This document shows, piece after piece, positions 51,001 to 63,742 of a stretch of DNA of 64,000 bases. The notes under the pieces were generated by a model. The model ran no database searches, had not been told where the DNA came from, and worked only from the letters and a program-made list of their open reading frames with translations. The first letter of the stretch is position 1, and every line of letters begins with the position of its first letter. Both the position numbers and the translations under genes were made by a program. Origin of the DNA: Antedon mediterranea (taxonomy: Eukaryota; Animalia; Echinodermata); NCBI RefSeq assembly GCF_964355755.1, contig NC_092673.1, positions 36,081,648-36,145,647 of the forward strand, read 5' to 3'.

Positions 51001-52202
51001 GGGAAAAGGTTAAGTTATCAAAGAATTATGAGAAGGCCTTACAACAAATAGATGATCAGCTACGATACTGGCCAAATTTCATCAAACACAAGTGTAAACA
51101 GCGTTTTACGAAAATCACACAATACTTGATACGTATGAGAAAACTTGTTTTAAAAAGACAGTAAGTTAAAATTGGATCAAACTGAACAGAAAATGATGTG
51201 CAAATTTCAATGGTATAATAGCAAAAAATTAGAATTAGTAACAACATGTAATAATATATATGATAAATAACATTTAGGTTGTCTATAAAGCTAAATATAG
51301 TCAGCCCAATTAAAACCAAGCATGTACTGTAGTCCATATCATAATATAATACATTTTGTCGAGTTCACATGATTTCAGATATTTTGATATTTTTACAGGA
51401 GAAAACTTGTTCCAATAAGCCGTAAAGTAGAAAGACGAGAGGAACGTAGGGAACAAAAGGCTTTGGTTGCAGCACAGCTTGATAATGCTATTGAGAAAGA
51501 GCTCTTGGAACGACTTAAAAAAGGAACTGTGAGTATTATTGTTCCGTGTGTAGGCCTGCTTTTTATATTTCACATAGAACACCATGTATATGTGTGACTG
51601 GTCTTTTTTTGCAGTATGGCGATATATACAATTTCCCAGCACATGCATTTGATAAGGCGTTAGATGCTCAGGAAGAAGATGAAAGTGAAGTGGAAGGAGA
51701 ACAAGAAGAAGAATATGAGGAAGAGGTAATGTCATTTAATCGCCTTTCTTGGATCTTTACACCTGAATATATGTTTGATAGTGTTAAGAAATTAGAAAAG
51801 TTGAGTTGGATTAACATTGATAAAAATGCTTGTTACTTTAGGAACCTGAAGTAGAATATGTGGCAGAAGGTGACTTTGAAGAAAGTGATTTAAGTGACTT
51901 TGAGGTGAGTTGGAACACATGATATAATAATAATCATTTTATTATTAATTTGTTATGTAAGTAGATGCAGATGCATTTGGTATTTAAAAGTATATTCAAT
52001 TTGTGCATAAATCAATATTTGTATTTTTTTGCAGGAGATGGACAAACTCCACAACATAAGCGATGATAATTCAAGTAGTTCAGATGAAGAGCAAAAGAAA
52101 AGTGTGAAAAAAATGTTCAAAAAGAAAAGACCACGAGTTGAAATAGAATATGAAAAAGAACTTGATCAGCCATCAACATCAAAACTAACTCTAAAATCAT
52201 GA
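45032..52202 (+). CDS. MAK16: MAK16 60S ribosome biogenesis factor, 7 coding exons
   Basis: Exons 45032-45046, 45585-45741, 50944-51160, 51399-51528, 51615-51725, 51842-51904, 52035-52202. MQHDD|[45 protein letters not shown]|[65 protein letters not shown]|YGDIYNFP, acidic tail, RPRVEIEYE. Confidence 0.96.
45645..46499 (+). repeat. 122-bp tandem array, 7 copies, duplicating the 3' part of MAK16 exon 2 and its donor
   Basis: Donor gttagt at 45742 + 122n up to 46474; copies 2-7 alternate between two variants. Confidence 0.95.
46560..50950 (+). repeat. 40-bp tandem array, about 110 copies, spanning the MAK16 exon 3 acceptor
   Basis: Unit gacattatatggattatatgttttatgttgatag|gtgttt; the last copy is the real acceptor (AG at 50942-50943). 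Confidence 0.95.
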
Positions 52203-52703
52203 ACATTTATTAAATACTGTAGTTGATATTAGTTAATACAATGGCATCGATTGTGAGTATTTTGAGTGTTCCAACTTCCATGTTCATAAACCAATCTGTA
52301 TTGTGAAAATCAATGTAATCTAAGTCTAATTTCTTTAGTCCAGACCCTTTTCTTTTGTTGAAATTACTCCCATTTGACCATGAATCTTAATTTTTCAATA
52401 AAATAATTTAAGTACAGCATTACACATGTTGCATACCATAATTAAAGTTAGCAGGATGGGGACGAAAGCAAAGATGAATTGTTCATATAATTGTAGCTTT
52501 TCTCGTAAAGATCTTATCAAGGCTGATTGACAAGTCTGACTTATCTTTTTTGATATTAAAAAACAAAGTAGTGTACTGTATTTGCTACCGCCCTCTACAA
52601 TTAAATAAGTGAACCATCGCTCGTACGACGCGTCTCTCGAGAGCTGATGAGAGGAGAGAGAGAGCTGAGAGAGAGAGGGGGATGTTGATGAACAGTCAAG
52701 AAT

Positions 52704-55640
52704 ATGGCGGAGGCGAATACATTGAGTGATCAGTCTCCGACAAAATCAACGGTTGCTGGTGTAGTAAAGAGAGAAGGTAGAATTTATTATTTATGGTTAA
52801 TTATTTAACAATTAAGGATACTGTAGCTCAGTTTTATTCGCCAAGGCTTAATCTGGCTATTCATTTTTAAAGATACCAGCTAGGCCAAGGCTATCGCGCC
52901 TAGACTAGTAGGAGGGCTAGGCTAGTTAGGCCAAGGTGCCTAGCTAGCGGGGAGTATGATCGGTTGAGCCGCCGGTAATTTCTATGAAACGCCCAGTGCG
53001 TCTTTTAGGACATTTCGCGTAGTGATTAGAGTGGTTAGTAGTGTCCTAGTAGTACATAAGTTCATGCTTTAGGTTTGTTGTGTCATGAAAATAAATTACA
53101 TGTTTATGTCATTTTTGGCTAAAAACTATCATTTTTGGTGATGTTTTAGACCTTATATTTTGGAATCTACATACAAGTCAGATTTGTAATTGTAATATTT
53201 AATAATATATACTAAAATCATGATATATAAACTTTTGAATATAGAACTTCTATTGAATAGAAACAAGCACCGGCGTTTCATAGAAAATAACGTTTTTATG
53301 GCGGCGGCTCAACTTGGCCTAATCTGGGCCTAGCCTAGTAGGCCTTGCTAGTATTTTTTGTTGTTTAAAAAGACCCACCACATTCACCGGGGAAATCCCG
53401 CTTTTTACCCTCGGGCCTGGCTAGCTACCTACTTGCTAAGTAGGCTAGAGTAATGGTGGTACCGTAGTATTGAGTATGATCCATGATGGGTCATGATGGT
53501 ATGCCTAGCCTAGTAGGCCTAGTCTAGTGTAGTATTAGGCCTAGTGTAGTAGGCTCAGCCTAGGCCAGGTAGAAATTTAAAGCTCTAGGACAGGTTAGAC
53601 TTTAATAATTAGTGTTCAGTCAGTGTAGAGTAGAGTAAGCGGCTACAATACATACAGCTGCCCATCTATATATATTTTTAATTATGATATTGGATAACTA
53701 ACACCCAAACAACAATTATTGGCTCTTCCTCTACTAAACCTCTCCTAGATGCTACTCTTAATTTTTTATTATTTTAAGACAATACGCCATTTTCACAAAA
53801 AGAATGACATCTTTGATCGATGACATACAATGCTTAGTCTTAATATTAGTAAAAGAGATAAATATTTTGGCACATATGGCGTTTCATACGTATACTACTT
53901 GATTTTAGATACTCCGTTTGGGAAAACACGTACAAATCACATGGTTTGACACCAAGAATCCTTGGTGCATACGATTATCCAGTTGACTAGTTTCAGCCAC
54001 ATGCCATTGGCTACTCACTCGTATGCAGTTTTAATATTCATATTTCAGAATTTCAAAGACTCAACAACTAAGACGATGCGCATGCGCTATGTTACGTTTA
54101 GACAGTATGTGTTGGGTACATTGATGAACGTTTCTAAAGGCTAGAAATGATTGATCGGATTTTTCCCAAGAACATGAAAACTCGTCTAAATATGATAGGC
54201 TGCCTTCTCCGCAAATCAAACATTGAATGGATCATTTATTATGTGGAGATAATTTGATTTAATTCCCACCCAGCCCAGACCCTGTCCCTGTGTGGTAGGT
54301 GTGTAGCTCTGTTGTGTACCGCTGGTGGTATGTACCTTATTGGCTTTTTATTTGGCAGGTCATACGTACCAGTTGAGTAGGCCTACGAAGGAAGCCTAGG
54401 CCAGGACTAAACAATTAGGCCTAATAAACAAAACAACTTGGCAACACGATTTTATATTTTAACAGTTGTTCAGTCTCGATCGTACATTCAGCACTGTACG
54501 TACTCAATCTTTTTCATTTTGAAACAAAATGATCATTGGTTGATTCGAAATCCATACATACCGCCCGCCCCATATAGCCAAATACGGTAACGATAACTTA
54601 GGTCTTTCTTATCGGATGTTTGCAGTCTGCAAATCGATTTCTATATGTGTTTCACAAGTCAGTATTTTCAGACAAAAATCGAAATAAAAACAAATAAATA
54701 AAATAATTTGTTTTTACTTAAGAACATTTTAAATACAGTAATTTGTTTTCTCATAAGACCCTCTGTACAGGAATTTTTAAATTAACATGGTGTCCTGAAA
54801 TTTCCTGAAAACGCTGTTGGTTACGCTTCTCGATTGAATATGTAGTGCTAACTACCAGCAGCAGCTATTAATAATGGTCGTACCACGGTATCTGAAACAG
54901 GGAAGCGAGGCTGTACTTCTTGATTTTGCACAAATCTGAGTCCAATTTTATTATTTATTATTATTTTGCCATATTTATAAATATAAATTGTTTTTATAAA
55001 ACAGACATATATATGTATATATACCGTTAAAATGTTATTTTTATTAAATAATCCAATGTTAGGTAAGAAAGGTCGACTACGAACTACGTCCAAGGTTCGC
55101 TTTCCAGAAGATGTGCACGAACCAGATATTTTAGTATCCCGAGAGAATAATGGTGCAATCGATATAAATGTGGGTTTTTTACTAAGTCAACACAAGTATG
55201 AAGCTAGTTTTACTATAGAAGATTCTATTAAAGATGATATTGAAGTGCCTACAGATCAACAAATATTGCTCAGAGTTCGTAATATCTATACATCTCAAAA
55301 TGGTATGCACTTGTTTTATTTATTTCCCTTTATGTGTTTTGTTTTTAATTAGTTTTCTGTCTACTTCATGTCTAGTTCAGATGGTCAGTATGAACCGGAC
55401 ATGGTTGCCAACATGATTGCTCACTACTTTGCGTATTTTATCCGTTTATTTTATATTGACACTGATAGATTCGTCTATTTGTTATTTAAATATTTTTATA
55501 TAGTTTATTATATATCATTGTTGTTACTTTGGGAGTACGGAACCTGAACTCTTGTTATAGTGATTAGGTTCACTTTTAGGTTCCTACCTACTCCCTTAGT
55601 TTCTGTGTTTTTGTTTGTTTGTAACTGGTTTTTGGCAATA

Positions 55641-55673
<33 letters not shown>

Positions 55674-58600
55674 TTCATTAAATTGTATCCAACAAAAGAA
55701 TCGCTTGGCAAAAATGATACGTCAAACATCTCTGGTTTCCTTAAATATAAAAAAAAAGTTGGGTCCTGATGCAAATGAATATCTCGACCTGAAATATGGC
55801 AAACTAAGTTTTAATGTCACTCCTGCCAGCCTCAAATAAATAATGTCTGCATCCAGTAAAAACATCTCAGCTAAGATGCCAGTAAAGCGTGGTTTCCAGT
55901 CGACGTAAGACTTGCTTCCGCTTACGATTGCGTCGTTTTCTTACGATTACGCTTGCGTTCCGATCAGTTGACCAAAAACTAACGTCGACACAAAATTGTC
56001 ATAATCACGTTGGACCGCACAAATTTAGATTATTACATGTGCTGATTCCGTCGTTATGAAAGTTGAATTTATCGCAAAGTCTGTCCTTCTTGCCCTTACG
56101 TCGAGTTGAAATTTTTCCTTGCGATTACAACACATATGACGTGATAACAAGAAATGATTTCTGATTGGCTCATAAATTCCGCGCGAATAGAGGAGGCCAT
56201 TTTCTAAAACATAAACAGTGCAGTGAGGCTATGACGTATTTTTTTACATAATCTTAATTAAAATGTTTATCAGTTCTTCTTTTGATAAGTTGCCGACAAA
56301 TTTAATCTTTTTATTCTGAGAATTATTTTATGAGCGGCTTAAACAATCCCATGATTTTACCCACCCAGGAGAGCTTGTTTATCGGAGTTTTACTTTTGTG
56401 TCTGCCGCCTTTTGTTTTGATTTTCTTTGTACCACCCTGCATGGCTTATTGTTTATGATTAGACTGTTGTTATAATTGTCTGTTCTTCGAATTATTTTTT
56501 ATTCCTGATGATGATGATCTTTATTTGATGAACGTTGAATATCATGACTTGCCTACGATGTTGTTTATATACAGTACAGTTTATCTATTAGGTTTTTTTT
56601 ACCCGGTTTTCATTTCTTTTTTTTATAAATAGATAATTCAAATGATGTAGGCTAATAATTATTTATTTTCATCATCAAATTATCATATGCCTATAAATTA
56701 TGTTTAGATTCAAGCAAACACTACGGTGAATTTAATAAATATATATTATTAATTTATTACCCAACATACCTTCATCATACAATTAAAACAAAATCATTAC
56801 GTAATTTTTCCCCACCTACTTTTGAATGCAAACTATATGCCAGGTGAAACGTATTGTTATCCTGATGATCCTGATGATGACACTGTTCTCTAACATTTTA
56901 TTATTATTAATTTAGTCTGTCTGTGTGTATTATTTTTACCCATTATATCGTATTTTTACTATGTTTATATAATTATAATAAGTAACAAGCAAGACAATTT
57001 TGTATAGTTCTCACATCCATTTTGTATTTCATCCACCTAAATTATTACATTCTATCACGAATTGAACAACATCGTGGTTCAGGTTTATTTACGTATCATT
57101 TATTGTCAACAATTCTTATATACGGTACTTTCTACTTTCTTTCACCTTTCTAAGCTTTGACCTTCTTGCCAACGTCACATAATCCTCGTCACTGATTAGC
57201 TGGTTCTTACGATCCTTGCGCTTACTCTTACAAAAGTTGACTTCAAGCGTAAGCGGAAGGGTATAAAATCGCATCGTAAGACATGTTCATCCAGAAATTC
57301 ACCGGTTTCCTGTCGAATCGTCGAATATCGACGTAACAGACGGAAGCTTCAGTCATTGGTTTCCTGTCAAACACTTGTACTACGGCGATTTCTACTTGCG
57401 TTATGTCGTTTTGACATTTAGCTTTTTTCAACCGGTTTCCTGTCGATTTTCAATTTCCAATGTAAAAACGACGCAATCGTAAGAAATTCTAATTTATTAA
57501 TTTTCTTACTTAACTAGTTTGTTTTGCAGTGTATTAATATGTTAAAACTAAAACATTGAGACTGAATGAAAATTATAATTTAAAAAAAAGTGTATCATAG
57601 GGCAGCCTTTATTTTTTGGATCATAAATAAAGTGTATCATAGGGCAGCCTTTATTTTTGGATCATAAACAAAGTGTATCATAGGGCAGCCTTTATTTTTG
57701 GATCATAAACAAAGTGTATCATAGGGCAGCCTTTATTTTTGGATCATAAATAAAGTGTATCATAGGGCAGCCTTTATTTTTAGATCATAAACAAAGTGTA
57801 TCATAAGGTAGCCTTTATTTTTGGATCATAAATAAAGTGTATCATAGCAGGGCAGCCTTTATTTTTGGATCATAAATACACATGAAATGCAAAAGATGTA
57901 TGTCTGATATTTTCTTTTGGAAGATTTATAAATTGTTTATTAAAACAAAATCAAGTTGATTCTCATACTTTCCTTTGCCATGTAGCACAACACAATATAT
58001 CGTATAATAATTCTACAGTAAAAAGGCAATGTTTTCTGTCCACTGCCTCATGGTAATTTATACTGATAGTAATTCATAAATGAATTTGATTAATATACTA
58101 AATGCATAAATACATAACCAAGTACTGTACAGTGTCATAGTTGATAAAACATGTATTGAATATACATGTATACTTATACTATTTTGGATAGCATATTTAG
58201 ATGTGTTGATATAGTTTGGTTCTTATTCTTTATAATTTTGTTTTCTTTTTGTTGCCATTATTGGTCGTTGCCATTATTTGTTTATGACCTAGTGGGGAAA
58301 TTGGCTTTGCATGCTATATGTGGTTAGTACGTACCAAAATGTACGAATATATTCACATCATGTAGACTAATTATTCCAAAATTGTATTTTGCTCTAGGAT
58401 GTGGACACGATATTGTAATGGAGATCCACGCTCATAAAGAGGGAGTATGGTCTGAACAGATTCAGTTATCAAGCAAATTGGACAACAACAACAAAGTGAT
58501 CTTAGTTGTTCATGCAAGAGTCATGGGTATATATCTTTTTATATCAATATACTGTATCTTTTTATATCAATATATTTTTAATATGAACACTTTTTTAATC

Positions 58601-58795
58601 AACAAATAAAACAAAGCAGACTATTACTACTTCTATTATAATTTGATAAAAATGAACCATTATTTACATTTGTGAATAGATAAAGAGCAAGGCCATCCGT
58701 TATTAAAAGAGGGTATTCACTGTTTAGGATTGTTAAACCCAATAGCAGAAGCTGGGTCAGCATCTGAAGACAGTGACTGGAAGGGCTTTGAGTGA
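52704..58795 (+). CDS. C20orf27: UPF0687 / C20orf27 (ADISSP) homolog, 4 coding exons
   Basis: Exons 52704-52776, 55063-55302, 58398-58526, 58680-58795. SKVRFPEDVHE, INVGFLLSQHKYEASF, AHKEGVWSEQI, VVHARVM|DKEQGHPLLKEGIHCLG and EDSDWKGFE match the family blocks VHFDEKLHD, VKVGFL, AHKEGV, QARVMD..GTPML and SDWHGFD. Exon 1 is the least certain. Confidence 0.85.
52963..53313. mobile_element. MITE-like inverted-repeat element in C20orf27 intron 1
   Basis: gttgagccgcc / ggcggctcaac outer pair and tttctatgaaacgcc / ggcgtttcatagaaa inner pair. Confidence 0.6.
55885..57483. mobile_element. About 1.6-kb non-autonomous inverted-repeat element in C20orf27 intron 2
   Basis: Perfect 19-bp inverted repeat cttacgattgcgtcgtttt (55921-55939) / aaaacgacgcaatcgtaag (57465-57483); recurrent ggtttcc(a/t)gtc subterminal motifs at about 55891, 57304, 57358 and 57434; CpG-rich ends; no ORF. 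Confidence 0.55.
57588..57877. repeat. 41-bp tandem repeat, about 7 copies
   Basis: aaagtgtatcatagggcagcctttatttttggatcataaa(c/t). Confidence 0.88.
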
Positions 58796-59023
58796 AATCA
58801 ACACAACCAGATAATACAGGCCTAGCTATGTTGTAATATGACAATAATGGACGTCAGTAGCAGTCTTTACTAATTCATTATTGTCTGAATTACATTCCAA
58901 GACATTTTATTATGTTAAATTAATTAGTACAGACAGTTTTAGTAGGAATGTGAATAGTGGATGTACTATCAGGTTTGATTCAGATTTTATTTGTCCCAGA
59001 AAGTGGATGATATTCATTCACAG

Positions 59024-59710
59024 TGGATACAGTAGAGTTGTATCCATGTCACCAGTGATAGTCCAGTGACATGGTGACATGGATACAGTAGAATTGTATC
59101 CATGTCACCAGTGATAGTCCAGTGACATGGTGACATGGATACAGTGGAGTTGTATCCATGTCACCAGTGATAGTCCAGTGACATGGTGACATGGATACAG
59201 TGGAGTTGTATCCATGTCACCAGTGATAGTCCAGTGATATGGTGACAGTAGAGTTGTATCCATGTCACCAGTGATAGTCCAGTGACATGGATACAGTAGA
59301 GTTGTATCCATGTCACCAGTGATAGTCCAGTGACATGTCACCATGGATACAGTAGAGTTGTATCCATGTCACCAGTGATAGTCCAGTGACATGTCACCAT
59401 GGATACAGTAGAGTTGTATCCATGTCACCAGTGATAGTCCAGTGACATGGTGACAGTAGAGTTGTATCCATGTCACCAGTGATAGTCCAGTGACATGGAT
59501 ACAGTAGAGTTGTATCCATGTCACCAGTGATAGTCCAGTGACATGTCACCATGGATACAGTAGAGTTGTATCCATGTCACCAGTGATAGTCCAATGACAT
59601 GGTGACATGGATGCAGTAGAGTTGTAGCCATGTCACCAGTGATAGTCCAGTGACATGGTGACATGGATACAGTAGATTTGTATCCATGTCACCAGTGATA
59701 GTCCAGTGAC
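59024..59710. repeat. Tandem array of hairpin-forming units (about 51-59 bp, about 12 copies) downstream of the C20orf27 stop
   Basis: Units combine gtgacatggataca-gtagagt-tgtatccatgtcac with cagtgatagtcca linkers. Confidence 0.9.
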
Positions 59711-61830
59711 AGAAATTCATTCTTTTTATAACAGAACTTGTTTTGTATAATCAGACAGTTTATATACCAATTATTATTATTATTAGTGATAATACTTTTA
59801 ATAGGCTTTCTCAATACATACTGTATTAAGCAAAAAGCTAAACATCTACTGTCGAAAATGAGGGTGGTTGGTAGTAGACAATACAATATTTTAACTTCAA
59901 TTAAGAAATACAGTAGTTGGTATATAAACTGTTTTTGGCGAGAAACAATCGCATTTAATTTAACTTATTTAATTTTAGATATTATTTGTAAATTTGTATT
60001 TTTTATACTGTGCCAAATTGTGTAGGATAAATAGAGTAGTAATTACTGTAATACATTGATAAGCATATTTAAAACTTTATTGAAACATAAGTTCATGTAT
60101 TTTATTATAGTTACTGCAGCTTGTGGTTAGGGGTGTTTTATGCTGTCATTCTAGCAAGTGTTTCAAGGTGCAATTAACTCATTGCTAACTAGTCAAATTA
60201 GTATTATTACTGAGATAATGTACAGGGGCGGGCTATTCCATTTTGCATATATGTATAATTGAAATAATACTATTAAATAACTATCAATATATATATATAA
60301 ACAAATCAGGCAAAGAACACTAATTCTAAACTGCCCGGTAATATACTGAAATTTAATTAATTAATTTGAAACGATAAAGATGAGGAAATCTGTGAGAATG
60401 AGAAAAAGTCGTATATATATATATATATAGTATAATAAAAAAAAATTTGATTAAAATTTGATAATGGTAGAATAAAATGAATTATATTGCAGAGGATGCC
60501 TTTGCACCATCATTCCTTTAAATCCGCCATTGATATAGTACAGTGTATTTAGGGCTACGTTGGTGATGAATACAAACATGAGATGTAATTTGAATTCAAT
60601 TTTTCCTCCATGTATTTTATTCATTAATACAAATTTATTGTGAAATAAAACTATCACAATGAAAACGAAGACAAATCGTGTTTATATAATTAAAGCTATT
60701 TTGGTTTGTTTATTTTATTTTCACATGAACCAACTGCAAATACTTTTTACTAAATGTGAAACCCATGTTTTTTAAAATAATCAAATCTCATTTTATTATG
60801 CTTAGGTAGTGAGGCTGTATTTGAGGGCTGGAAAAAATCCTGCCAGAAAGACCCTTTGGAACTAGCAAGCACTAGCGCTGCAAAATACAGTACCTGTTGT
60901 TGTGAAAGAGTATTATCATCATTTACTACTTGGAAAAATGCCAAGCACATTTCATTTTTGTTTGCAAGTGCCAGCCTTCTGTCTTTCGTCAAGTATTTCA
61001 CTCAGTTTTTATAAACGCTTGATTTCCAACTGCTCTTCTGTTGTCATTGAGGGATGTTATTTCAAAACATGTACATCATCACTGCATAGACTTTATTGCA
61101 ATCATACCAATTATTTCATGTCCTGTTATTCACTACCCGATTTATTCAACAACAAAATAAACAAATGTGTTATACTGTTTTTTATTTTATTTTTTGTCTT
61201 ATTACATAAAAAGTGGAATGAATTTAACAATACAGTACTTCCCCAGACTTCAGTTTTGAATTTCTGAAGGTAAATATGTTGTATAAAATTGATTATATTT
61301 GGTAAAGCAGTGCTGGATTTGGTATAGCAATTATCTTACTTGTTGTACTAGCCAGATTTCAGCGTAATGATTTTATAAAAACACGCTTGTAATGTACAAT
61401 GGTATTGCTATAATATTGTTACTTTTCAGCTAAACCATAAAAATACTGTACATGATTTTAACATCCAAATGAAAACAATTATTTTCAGCAAATTGTGAAA
61501 TTTAGAATTCTGCAACCCATTAATTTTTATGTTTTGAAATTATAATAGTAAAATATTTTTTAATATTGAAAATTCATTTTTTAGCAAAATATTATTAAAT
61601 AGGCAACTAACTATACTGAACTCAAAATAACATGGTCTGCATTTTGTTGACAGATTAAAACTTTTTTCAAATTGTTCATTATCTACATTTGCTGTATCTT
61701 GACGATAACAGTAGTAAGTCATGAATTGGTCATCACAATTTCTCAATGATAGTTTTTGTTGCTTGAAGACTTGTAAAAAGTAGTTGAAGATGCATATTCT
61801 AGAAGACTGAATTAAAAACTCCCAGCAGAT

Positions 61831-62031
61831 TTAGAGAATGCCACATTTGCCCTTATCCTTGTAATGATTTTCACCGCTTGGTGGGATTCCAGTCAAAAGC
61901 ATATCCTTATCACGATGTTCCACACAGTATTCACGTAGACTGGTTGCAGCTTGTGATACAAGCAAGCGTTTGATTGCCGCCTCACGTTTTAGTTGTTCGA
62001 CAACTTTCTTCATATTCTGGACACCAGTCAT
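61831..62031 (-). CDS. GNG: Heterotrimeric G-protein gamma subunit (copy A), intronless CDS
   Basis: 66 aa: MKKVVEQLKREAAIKRLLVSQAATSLREYC...DMLLTGIP...KCGIL, a GGL fold with a CaaX (CGIL). Acceptor aaacag|ccATG at 62034; probable 5'-UTR exon with donor near 62375. Confidence 0.92.
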   Translation of the reverse strand: MTGVQNMKKVVEQLKREAAIKRLLVSQAATSLREYCVEHRDKDMLLTGIPPSGENHYKDKGKCGIL

Positions 62032-63293
62032 GGCTGTTTAAAATAGAAACAAATCAAATTATTTATAACAATCAATATGATAACAACAATTAAAAAAGGT
62101 CATGCTTCAAAATTTCAGAGGCTGCTTTATCTTCTGATCGGTTGTCACATTGTTGGTACAGTAAATAGGCCTACAGTATATCAATAGGCTAGCTAGGCGG
62201 ATCGGGTCATCCGGGGCTGGCTAGGCTACTGTAGGCCTAGGCTAGCTAGAGAATGTACGTCACTACTCGTGCTGATACCGATATGATAGCCTACGCCTGC
62301 TAAACTGGCTAACCGCCGTTCTGTTGATAAAAAAAATCAACAAGAATTTATTATAAATGAAATAAATGTTCCCACCGTGATAAATTTATTCTTGTAAACC
62401 TTAGATTGACAGTAAAAAAGATGTATTTTCTGATGACTTCCGTTCTGGAATTACAGCATCAGACCAACTCTATCGGCGACGCCTATTTTGGTTGTTCTTT
62501 GAGGGTCTCTCGATAGAGGGCGCGCGGTGGGAAAATGTAACTCCTCTCTGTTTTGGATTCTTTTATTCGGAAAACTTGTTTCCGCAGAGGGATTTTCTTC
62601 TTTTTTTCATCTTTTTTTCTTTTTCAACGTTCCACCATTATTATTTGAAATATCTTAATTTGTTAATTTGATAGGAGGCGGAACCAAAAAACTGATGTTA
62701 TCATTTTTTATATGTTCAATATAGGCATTGCCAAGGAAAGTGACGGCCCTCTTTACCTTCTGGACCAACAACAAATTGTTCCTTTCGTTTAATAGGGGGA
62801 CCGACCACCAAGTAACATTACAAATTAAATGGGAAAATGAATGAATGACTAATTTGACAATACATGTTGGCATCAACCAATGAAAGCTGTCATAGACAAT
62901 GCCTCATCATGTTCATATATTATGAAGATCCATGTTGTACTACCATCTAAATGAATGTAATTTTGATCTTTGTCAAGAGAAAAATCCTCCAAGGCGTATG
63001 ACAGAGGATTTGAACCGGTAGTTTATCCACCCCCTTCTCCACTTTATCGAATTTGTTTTTTTAAATGGTTGATCTCGACCCCACCACTGATGATAGTTCG
63101 CTAAATAAGCTATATATGTTTTATCCTTAACTGGGCCATAAACAAATAGAATAAGAACGCAACATGTTTGAATCACCGGCCAATTGTTATTTTATTTCAC
63201 AATTTCAAATAATAAAGTCTTATATATGAATTCATGACTTGTGTTTTGCCAATCTTCCCACCAATGAGGCAATTAAGTTCTTGTCATCAATGG

Positions 63294-63420
63294 GATCACA
63301 TCTTTCACATAATGGAATTATTCAGTGAATGCCTCTCTGATGAGGACGGTTAGTAGAGGGACCACATCTTTCACATAATGGAATTATTCAGTGAATGCCT
63401 CTCTGATGAGGACGGTTAGT
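63294..63420. repeat. 66-bp direct duplication downstream of G-gamma copy B
   Basis: cacatctttcacataatggaattattcagtgaatgcctctctgatgaggacggttagt twice. Confidence 0.8.
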
Positions 63421-63538
63421 TAGCAGGATGAGTAACGCGCGACATCCTCTTTTATGATTTTATTAAAATACCAGTTTTCACCACCAATAGATGAACGGAT
63501 ATACACATTATTAGTGGAAACAAATGATTTATTTGGCT

Positions 63539-63742
63539 TTATATTAAACAACATGGTCTGCTACTCATTCTGTAAGGAGAAACACGTCCTGGGTTGTCAG
63601 CTGTTGGACCTCCTGTCAGTAAAAAGTCATTTTTTCCAAGTGAAATGCAGTATTGTTTGAGATCAAGTGCTGCTTCTGATACTGGGATTCGAACAATTGA
63701 TGCCTCTCTTTTTAACTGTTTGATGTCCTGTCTTAAGCGCAT
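63539..63742 (-). CDS. GNG: Divergent G-protein gamma subunit (copy B)
   Basis: MRLRQDIKQLKREASIVRIPVSEAALDLKQYC...DFLLTG...SPYRMSSRPCCLI*: a GGL pattern with a C-terminal CaaX. Acceptor-like tttcttcataccacag at 63771, so the N-terminus may extend from an exon outside the window. Confidence 0.82.
   Translation of the reverse strand: MRLRQDIKQLKREASIVRIPVSEAALDLKQYCISLGKNDFLLTGGPTADNPGRVSPYRMSSRPCCLI

Noticed and set aside
59105-59344. 79-aa His/Trp/Cys-repeat ORF
   Set aside because: Translation of the hairpin minisatellite.
60750-61267. Possible third G-gamma or small gene downstream of copy A
   Set aside because: No GGL pattern or CaaX in the frames I read; MTTEEQLEIKRL stops after 12 codons; more likely 3' UTR.
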